From assembly GCF_009914755.1 (NCBI RefSeq), contig NC_060926.1: 64,000 bases of DNA, one strand, 5' to 3'. A model generated the notes under the pieces. That model saw only the letters and a list, made by a program, of their open reading frames with translations, had not been told where the DNA came from and made no database searches. Shown in pieces: positions 54,201 through 64,000 of this stretch (position 1 is its first letter; every line of letters begins with the position of its first letter). Origin of the DNA: the human T2T-CHM13v2.0 reference genome, Homo sapiens. The position numbers and the translations under genes are program-made.

Positions 54201-55889
54201 ATTACCTACAAGTCATCACTATAAAGCCCTTTCCATTTGCCATAATTTGTTATAGAATAAAGGGGTTTGTGATAACCACAACCAGGTGAGGCACAGCATG
54301 GAAGATGTGCAACCCTGTCATTCTAAAATGAAAATAATTTATTGCCTTAGTGTAGTCGATTCAAATAATGGTTGAAACCCACTGTCCGACTGCATTATTA
54401 TCAGGCCACAGCCTTTTGCACAGATATACGTCTGCCAAATTGTTCTCTATCACTAAAATGTGTGTTTATGATTTATGAGAGCTGAATGAAATACTCAAAA
54501 AGAATTACCTTCTCAACAATATTGATGCTAAGTTGAAACTGAAATTACTTAATGCTATTATATGTGAAGGTGGCAGTGGAAAGATACTATTTCTCTGAAA
54601 TCTAAAGAGACAAGCTAATAAAAAGCTTTCATCCAGCTTTAATTGAGACTGCTTGTACGCTGATGGAATCTGCTAGTTAAATCACAGCTCTAATGAAGAT
54701 TTAGTTCCCAAAGTCTGTCTTCTCGCAACATAAGATTTTCTAAAAATTCAAAAGTGCCCTGTCATGTGGCATATGCTGTGGTAAATACTTTTTATTATAC
54801 TCAACAGAAAAGTAAATAGACTATTTAAATAAACTCCAGGCAGTTGGAATCATACACCTGTCTCTTTGCCTACTTTTCTGTTAAAAGAAATTGCCAAGTT
54901 TATAAATGAGAGCAGAGCATGCGGCACTCTCTATAAACACAGTGTGCCTCTGGGATTCAGGTGAGAGCTAGCTTTTGAAACATTTCCAATTATAACACTC
55001 CTTTACAGGTATAAATTGGACTTGTCTTCATACCTCTGGAAAATACAGGCAAATAGTCTACTTTGTAGACCTAAGCTTCATTAAGTTTCTTTTCTTTACC
55101 CTTTCTTGTTTTCACATTCTTAAGTTTTTGTCTTTGGAAAATCACAAGTAAATGAAACAGAAGGGAAGAGCTCCTTTTGATAATAAATGAAAAATAATAT
55201 CAAAATGTGACACTGCACCTCAGAAATGGATTTCATTTCCAAGAACGCTTCAGCTTTGCCCTAATACACTGTTGTATCTGGCCACCCCCTGAGTTTTCAT
55301 TGACAACTCCCTGCATTTGAAGTGAAATCTCTACCCCCTGCTTGGCAAGTACTGTACTGACTGTGCACTCAAATGTCTTACTGAGCTGAGAGGTACAAAG
55401 TGCAACCTGGAATACCTCCGTGATAATACTTGAGCAGATGAACACGCTCTCTGGAATTACATGGGGCAATTTGTGTGACATATAGTTTCCTGTCTCAAGT
55501 GCCAGATTATTTTTTGTGACACATTTGTGATTGACTGATTTAATTCAGTCCCAATCGATATGGAGAATTATATACATTGTTAAAATAGTGCTTCAAATTC
55601 TTGTCCTTTTAAATAAGAATAAGTAGCCAGTATGTTGCATGTATTATCCACAAGCCAAGTAAATAAAATTAATTTGAAACAAAGGATATGATTATTTAAC
55701 AAAAATAATGAAAATAATCCCTGAAAAACTGCTATGTTTCAAACATTATCTAACTTCTAAGCATGGATATGACACTGTTTGCAGATATGCAAAAGAAAAT
55801 TAGCTAGCTGGTTATACCTATGTATGTCAATGTATGTTCCTCAAGAGTTGTATGTGAATTAATATTTTTTGAAATATATCTTTACCCCT

Positions 55890-55960
55890 TAAATACCTGT
55901 AATAATATGCCACATTCTTACCTTTTAAATACTAGTAATAATATGGTACATTCTCACCTT
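55890..55960. repeat. Tandem duplication, period ~36
   Basis: taaatacctgtaataatatgccacattcttacctt / taaatactagtaataatatggtacattctcacctt. Confidence 0.8.
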
Positions 55961-58900
55961 AACCTTGAATTTAAAACATTCAGTTTCCAACGAATTTCAT
56001 ACACAGATGACCTCATTTACTCATTGCCATGCCTGTGAGGTTCAGAAATGATCATTTCTATTCTTTTAAAGAAACTCTTTGCTAAACCATTTCCCGAAAT
56101 CCAAAATCACTTAGCAAATTAAAGATTCTTCAATTTATATTTTTTACATATAAATATATTGAAAACATATAATTCTTATAATAAATATAACCAAAGTACA
56201 CTTGAATAATTGCATTAACGTGTACATTTTCAAATAATTCCTTTGTCAATAGTCCCTTTATAAAAACCTTCTCAAATTATCTAAATTTGAGCACTCCATC
56301 TGTTTCTTGCTGGGAACCTGACAGGTCCAAAAACTATTCCTTAAGGTAGATTGAGGTGAGAAAAGAGAAGGGAGCGGACTTGCAGGGACATGCTTTTGGC
56401 AGCTTCTTGACTTGGTGTATTCATCCTAGATTACATCCTGAGAAAGTGTAAAGGTGGTCAGAAAAATAGTGAGCAAGGCAACCAATACGGTTCTTCTTAA
56501 AACACATTATCTTGGCTATATTCATTTATCCAGTCCACAAATATTCACTGAGCTCTTTCTCTCTAACAGGCTTACAGGACAAATGCACTAAGGAGTTTTC
56601 TTTCTCTTTTTTCCCTCATGCAACAGACACATGTATAATAGATTCTACCAACACATAGGCAGAAGCTGAAACAAAATATTAGAGAGCCACTCAATCTCCC
56701 AGCAATGAGTAAGAATGGAGGAAACTAACCGTTTGAAAACAGAGAAGGCTGTGTATTTTCCCCCTATGTTAGTGGGATGAGAAAAGGAGAATTGAATTTT
56801 ACAGTTTGCTGCAAAATTAGATGGTGTCACCTAATCAAACAAGTAGATAAGAATGTCCCTTGAAGGATAACTAACTTTAGGTGTCAGTATAAAAAGCATG
56901 AACAATTTCTCATGGATAATTTCTAGTATTTACGGGACTTATTTGCTGCTTATATTTATTCTTAAATAATAATTTGATCATCACTTTTTCTTTATACATA
57001 ATACATTTATGTGCAGCAAATTTCAGAACTGAAAAATGATCTGATCAGATGAAGTCTCAACACTTCAAGATTTTTGCCATTTTAATAAAAAAACTATTGA
57101 CAATTAAAACAGGAAATATAGTATGTGAGAAATTCATGAAACCATTATTTGGATGATTAAAATTAGTATTCATTATGTTTATAATGCAGCAAGAAGAAAT
57201 GGAAGTAGGCCCCACTTCTACAGACATGCTTTTATTCTAATATGTTGAACAGTGCAACATAATAATTAATCATAATTATTTGAATGATGTCAACTTTTTT
57301 CTATAGACATGAAAACTAAAAATCTGGCCATGATCAAGAACAAATATGTGTATGTGATTGGAAATGTTTTAAAGAAAGAGTGATTGTATCTTTCTGTCAT
57401 ACCTAGAATAATGGATGTGAAAAATGGGTCATATTTTACATCACTTCTCTGTGCAACAAAATTATTTTTAGTGATAATCATGAAAAAAGAAATAACAAAA
57501 AATTAATAGTTAAAATTTCTTACTAAAATGTTTTATATAATCAAATCAGTACAAAAAGTAATAATTGACACTATTACTATTAATTTTTTACAGGGAATAT
57601 ACATATTAATAATAATAATAATAAAAACTAAAAATAGCATTAGTTTCTTTCTTCCAGCCATAATTTCCACAAATTTGTCAATAACTTCATATATTCACAT
57701 CCTACTAAAAGATGATTAGAATTTTCCATCTATATTCACTGTTAAATTTTTATTAATTTCTAAAAGTTTCTTTCTCCTGAAGTAGCATGTATATAAGTGG
57801 TTAGAAAAAGTCCTTAATATACATATAACTATGGCAGAGATTAGTTAAAATCCATTTGACAATAATCAGAAATTACCATGCTATTCTTGATTTAGCTTCT
57901 TCAAAGCCTATTCCGGGGGCTTCAAAATTTTAAACACGAAATCTTCAAGTGGTCACAGAGAAGAGTAGAATAGAAGAAACCCACATTCTTTCCTTCATCT
58001 CGACAATTTCTGTGCCAGTATTGCTTGCTTCATACCTACTGTCTAATGAAGGAACATATAGCACATTCAAGCTGCGCTTGAAGGAAGCTAGAATGATTCA
58101 GAGCCAATATGAACTTACTCTTGAAATGAACAAATGTAGTTGTGCCTTATTGAGTGAGAGTTCTCCATGTTAACTTCCATAGAGATTACAATATTTATTA
58201 AAGGAAAAGGCATAAAATTGGATCATTAGAAGCCTACACTTACATTATTAAAACTCTGCAGTAACTATAGCAATTGTTTAGAACTCCAAAAAGAAAAAAA
58301 TATATTTTTAATGGAAGCATATTTTGTCATTGACATTGCTTATAATTGCTAGCATAGAAAATAAAAAGTAGGCTAACTTTTAGCCAGTTTTCTTACTGTT
58401 CGTAATGGATTTTAATTGTCTGTAGGCTGTGCCTTTCCTTCTTGCATGCATCTGCTGACTCTTCCCAACTCCCTGCCCTTAGTATGCCAGTGGTGTTCAT
58501 TATTCTTCAATATTGACAATGTTAACTAGCTGATAAAAGATGAAAAAAAGTTCCTAATTACAGTAATGTCTAAATCTTTTTTTTTTTACTACTTTAATGA
58601 TACATTTTAAAGTCAAGTCAAAGAATCTTATAGATACTCTTTAATTAATTCTCCAACATCCCTATCTGTATAGTTGGGACTTGACTAATACTGAATCTAT
58701 ATTTTAAAGAAGAAACTGTTATAAGAAGGTAAATCAACTTCTCCATGCTGTGCAACAAGCCATTGTTAAATCTGGATTGGATTCTGGGCTTCCAGCTCTG
58801 AGGTCCATGTCTAACTAGAGCTTTCACTCCATCTCATGAAATTCTACTATCTTAAAAAATCTAACTCTGCCACTAAACTGACCCTCCCATGAATAATATA

Positions 58901-59059
58901 TTCATAAAAACAAATTTTTGGAGCCTCTTTGGTATAGGAAAAATTAGAAAATACCAGCAAGAAAAGACAGTTAATATTTTAACATCTGTTAAGTTGTGAA
59001 TGAGATGGAATTTTTAATTAAAAAAATACTGAGAATAATTAATCTATTTTGCTCTAGTC

Positions 59060-61100
59060 GGTCAAGCAATTAAATTTATTGAGCATTTTCTACATGCTAG
59101 GCAGTACACTAGGCATTGGTGAAACGTTTAAAGAATAAATAGTTTTCTTGCCTACAAAGAGTTTACAGATTTGGGGTTGGGAGTTAGGAGCCATAAACAC
59201 ACCAAAAATGTGATAACAAATAACTTTACTAAACAGTATTATAAAGAAACAAGTAATGTGGTAGTTACGTGGTAGATGTAACTGATGGACCAGTTACTTG
59301 TTTAGGGTAATCAGAGGATAATGTTCAAGTTTCATCATGGAAGATGAATGGAGAAGCCACGAAAACATCTGGGGAATGAACATCATGAGAAGAAGCAAGA
59401 TCAATGTCAGGGGCCTTGGGAGAAATAAACACCAGAGAGCACGAAGGGTAATGGAAAGATATGATAGTGGAGCCACAGGCAAAAACGCATAGAATCATAT
59501 GTCAAGTTTGGATTTTATGCCAAGTGAAATAAAACACAATTACAAGATTTTAAGCAGAGAAACAAAATTATGTGATAGATAATTCAGAAAGACCAGTGGT
59601 AGCAATATGGACCATGAGCTGTAGGAAGTGAGGAGAGAAGACAGGGAGAACAGTTGGGAGGCTGTTTATGTAGTCCAGGCTGGGTACAATGATGGTGTAG
59701 CTTTCAATTTTAGCTTTGGAAATGCTGAAACGTGGTCAGCTCAGGGTGGATTTGTAGAGATTCAGCCACCAGCACTTACTGATAGCAAGGGTGTGAGGCA
59801 AGAGGGTAGGGAAGAATCAAGGATATATCTTAGGCCTTATCCTGTAAAGGTGGTGTGTGGTTGTCCCATTTGCTAAAATGAGGAGGGCTTCTGGAGGGCA
59901 TACGATTTGGAGCTTGGATGTCTAAGTGCTTTCTGGAACTGTTAGGTTTGGAAGTCTATTCTTTATACAAGTGAAGACCTTGGTGAGGCAGTGGATATTC
60001 AGTCTGATTTTAAGAGATGGGGTCCAGACTCCACATCTAAATTTGAGGAATTCAATGTGACATGCAGTGACATGAACTAAATGGTATCGCCTATGGAAAG
60101 AATGAAGCAAGAGAGAGGATAGCTAGGAGGAAACAAGCTCAGGTAATTGAAAATTATGAAATATTTTGGTCAAGGCAACCTAGCAAAGGTTAGAGAAACT
60201 AGAGGGACACAGACAACAGGACAGACTAATGTCATGTCATGGAAGTTTAAACAAGAAAACATTTCAAGAAACAAGGAAATGTACGCTGTTTTAATTGCGG
60301 CTGACAAGTCTAATAAGACAGGGACAGAGACCTGACCACCTACTTGGGTAAACTCTGGACTGTTTTCATTAACTAGAAAAATGATGGGAGCTAGAGCCTA
60401 ATTAGACTGAATTAAGGAGACAATGGGCAGTGACCAAGAACATTCATATAGTATAGACAATATTTTTAAAAATACGGCTAATTCGGAGATCAGAATAATG
60501 GGAGTCCAGAGGTAAAGGGTGCATTGTTTTTCTTTAAGATGGATGATATTAAGGTAGTTTTGTGCATTGAAATGAAAAACTCCGCAGAGTTAGGAATTGG
60601 TGCTTAGAGGGTAATTGCTGGATTCAAATACTTGAGAGAAGAGAAAATATAATGTCTAGGACAAAGGGCAGGGCTGGCTCCAAAGGCATCTTCTTTAGCT
60701 GTAATGGTGGGAAGGCTGAGGAGTTGAATGGAGATAACGAAGTAAGCTAGAGAACAGAGTTAACATAAAGAGTGCAAAGGTGAATTTAGTAAAAAGTACA
60801 ATCATGGGAATACTTGGCAGTATTGAGGGCTCAGTTGAGATCTGTGATGATACATTTTGAAGTGAGTCCAATCAACGAGGTTTTGTACTTTTTTTTTCAA
60901 GTTATAACTAGTCAGCTGCTTTGGTGCAGGCAAAATTTAAGACAATTGTCTTAAATTGTCAAGTGATGGTTCTAACAAACGGAGAAATTGGAGATAAACT
61001 TAAGCATGATTGGAAGTGAGTATGGATACTGATCAAGAAAGGAATCTAGGGCTGAATGAGGAGGAAAGGAGGATGCAAAGGGGAACCATGGTCAGCATGG
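59060..61100 (-). mobile_element. L2 element, long and fragmented
   Basis: aaatttattgagcattttctacatgctaggcagtacactaggcattgg followed by purine-rich L2 body segments. Confidence 0.8.
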
Positions 61101-61192
61101 TAATACTTAAGTAGAATGCTTCCATGTGTGAGAATCAAGCCACCTTCATTCATATAACCATCTTACAGGTAGAAAATGGATCTGGTTTGAAT

Positions 61193-61194
<2 letters not shown>

Positions 61195-61244
<50 letters not shown>

Positions 61245-61489
61245 CTAGGTGTGTATAAACATCTCTAAGAGGACTAGCCAAGATATTTGTGTGTGTCTCT
61301 GTGTATATACATCTCTAAGAGGACAAGAGATGCTTGTGTGTCTGTGTGTATACACATCTCTAAGAGGACTAGATAAGAAATTTGTGTGTGTCTCTGTGTA
61401 TATACATCTCTAAGAGGACTAGACAAGAGATGTGTGTGTGTGTGTGTGTGTGTCTGTGTGTATATACATCTCTAAAAGGACTAGACAAG
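61195..61489. repeat. (GT)24 followed by a 5-copy ~50-bp minisatellite
   Basis: catctctaagagga core at 61260, 61310, 61355, 61405 and 61467. Confidence 0.95.
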
Positions 61490-62324
61490 TGGGAGGGGGA
61501 AGAAAATGAGGGATGGAGGGAGAGAGGGAATTTAAAATAGAACTGTATTTATTTGAGGCAGGGATCTATCACCAAACAAAAGAGCAGTAATGAAACATAC
61601 AGAGCACTTTTAGGTCTGTACACTAAAATAATTTTTTTAAAAAGTTCTCAAACACTGTACCTCATATTCTTATTGAAAAACAAAACAGAACAAAAAAAAA
61701 CAAAAACAATGCATGATATAGACACGACACAAATTATGGAGTGTCCATGGTGAGAATCTACTTCATTCTTCTTTTTTCGTATATGCAATTCACCATACTG
61801 GATTATGTATAAAACAAAGCAAACTACTCTTTTCACATAAATTGCATTCAAATATTTATATTTTTCGAAGAAAGTTTTGATAACCTGGTGTCAGTGATTA
61901 CCTGTGAGTCAGTGTACAGCAAACAAGTTTTTTTATCTTAATTGTTACAATACTGAATCTGCAAATTTTAATACCTCTGAAGAAGAAACTAAATAGAAAT
62001 CTACCTCAGAAGATACTGATGTGACTTTTATGTTGCTCATCTTCCTGTTGATAGTATATTGATTATTGCATTAACATCACATAAACAGCAAAGCATTATA
62101 ATAAAATAATTTTCTCCTTAAGTGAAACAGTTGATGTAAAAGCTTCATTGTGTGTGTTTTGGTGTGTGCATGCATATTTGTGTAAGTGTGTTTGTGTGTT
62201 AACTTTCTTTGTGGTTACAAAGTAGACAAAGACTCAGAATACTTGTAATCTTGTAAAACTAGATACAGCATGTTAAATGTTTATCGTTAGAACATGCCCA
62301 GTGGCAGATGGTGGCATGCCATTT

Positions 62325-62343
62325 TAGAGCCACCTAGAGGCAC
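62325..62343 (-). promoter_or_regulatory. Candidate CTCF site
   Basis: Minus strand TGCCTCTAGGTGGCTCTA versus the CTCF core CCACYAGRKGGCRSYA. Confidence 0.5.
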
Positions 62344-63104
62344 AAAAATCGTCCCATGTTTCCCATTTTGGCAGAGACACATGCCACTTTGGCAAACTTT
62401 AGAAAATAACTAAAAGACTTACACCTTCAAAACAGATTGTATTTATAGAGGGATGTGTGCAGTTCAACAGGGGTGGTGCTGTAGAGGAATTTCAGAATCA
62501 ATACAATCAAATGTATAGTTCAGTTGGCATAAAACTTGGGATATGAAATTAGCTAAACTGCTTTACTGTGTATCTGCTCTACTTATAGCATTGTAATGAA
62601 TCCCAAGCAATTATTTTTGGAGAAGTATTTAAATAAATTTCCATGAATTTATGTATTCAAAATAATTTATTTTAAATGTAAATGAAAGGTCAAATTTCAT
62701 AGAGAACTCAATTCTCGGTGATGGCATTGCTTTTCAATCATTCATATGTTTTACTTTCATACACTGATACTTAGAGAATTTAATAACCACTCCATTTTAA
62801 ATCTAAATGTGAATATAATTTTTAAAAGTCAGTACAGTCATCAGATTTCTATATCGCTTTCTAAATTTATACCTCCCCTTTCCACATTTTTGAAAGCAAT
62901 ATCTTCATGTGACTTATCTGTATCTTTTTTCTAGCTCTCTTATTTTTAATTAGAGTAAGAAACTAAATATTTACTTAAGAGCAACACTTTGAAACTTTTG
63001 GAATTGGCACGACCTTTAATGTCACCTAAGAGAAGCAGGGAGAGGCTACATTTGGTTAACAAATATTATCTAATGAGTCAAAAAATTCAGACGTCTTATC
63101 TAAG

Positions 63105-63250
63105 GAAAATGCAAACTTTAAAGGATCAGATAGTCAATATTTTAGGTTTTGGGGATAACACAGTATCTATGGCAATTACTCAACTCACCATTATTGTAGT
63201 GCAAAAATGGACACAAATAACACATAAGTGAATGGGCCTGGCTCTGTGAT
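63105..63250. mobile_element. MER58 (hAT-Charlie) fragment
   Basis: aaaggatcagatagtcaatattttaggtttt...actcaactcaccattattgtagtgcaaaa...aagtgaatgggcctggctctgtg. Confidence 0.8.
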
Positions 63251-63769
63251 TTCCTGCTCCCTTTTTGCTTCTTGGATCCATAAATGGCTTTCCTTCCCCC
63301 AAGCCTGGCTTTTCCAGGTAGGCACTAGATTTTCCTGACCCCTATTTAAAACTCACTACTTCTCTGACTTCTTCCTTCTACACCTGTTAGGTACCTAATT
63401 GGCTAAATGGTGAGCTTAGATGAGGAAGGAGTAAGAGAAAAGCTTAAAAACTGTAAACTGAATTTTAATCACTTTCTATTATAAAAGTAATAAAATATGC
63501 TGCAGTAAATCTAGGCATTATGGAAACACGTAAAGGGGAAAATAAAGATAGGCATAACTATTGCTATCATTTATGGAAAATTTGCAAAATAAGTTTTCAA
63601 TTTTGATCCCATAGCACTTGATATATATATGTTATTTGTTCATTTGTCATCATATGGTCTGCCTTCTCGTGTTCTTAAATGCCTGTTCACATAATGAACA
63701 TAATGTTCATAAGCACTAAGTTTACACTTAAATGCTTAATAAGTGTTTACATATTTCTGTCTTTGTTAA

Positions 63770-64000
63770 ATAATTAAACCCACTGTATATTTTACTAAGC
63801 AGCAGTCTCTGTTCTGGACATTGAGGACACAGCAACAGATAAGACAGGTAAGATTCTTTTCCTCATGGATCTCACACTGTAATTGTGGAAAAAAAAACAG
63901 AGAAAAACCATATGATAAGATAAACTTGGCTTATCAATGTGCTGTGCTCATAGTAAAACTGGCTAACATGACAATGACTAAAAGATGTGAAAGGGTGTCT
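63770..64000 (-). mobile_element. L2 fragment
   Basis: ctggacattgaggacacagcaacagataagacagg...cctcatggatctcacactgta. Confidence 0.7.

Noticed and set aside
61249-61489. CRISPR-like repeat-spacer appearance
   Set aside because: The spacers are near-identical GT-rich sequence, there are no cas genes and the context is primate. It is a minisatellite.

Overview
This is human/primate nuclear DNA. It is AT-rich and holds 14 Alu/FLAM elements (one a near-consensus AluYa5), old L1, L2, MIR, MER and MLT remnants, a MADE1 MITE and several micro- and minisatellites. I find no intact protein-coding gene. The main result comes from reading the minus strand by hand: about 30 exon-shaped segments between roughly 51.2 kb and the window start. 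They are bounded by canonical or singly mutated splice sites and often have matching phases. Their translations, through stops and frameshifts, repeatedly resemble extended Tudor domain motifs (SPxxFxxQ, GxxCxAxFxxDxxWxR, V/LxFxDYG, FxxLPxxAxxCxLxG, WxxE, INxxLxxxGxA). I read this as a decayed, intron-rich, multi-Tudor (TDRD/piRNA-pathway-like) unprocessed pseudogene with roughly 10-12 domains that probably runs off the left edge. Splice sites and frames are seen directly. The Tudor assignment and domain count are my inference from hand translation and need HMM/tBLASTn confirmation. Repeat subfamily names and most repeat boundaries are by eye.
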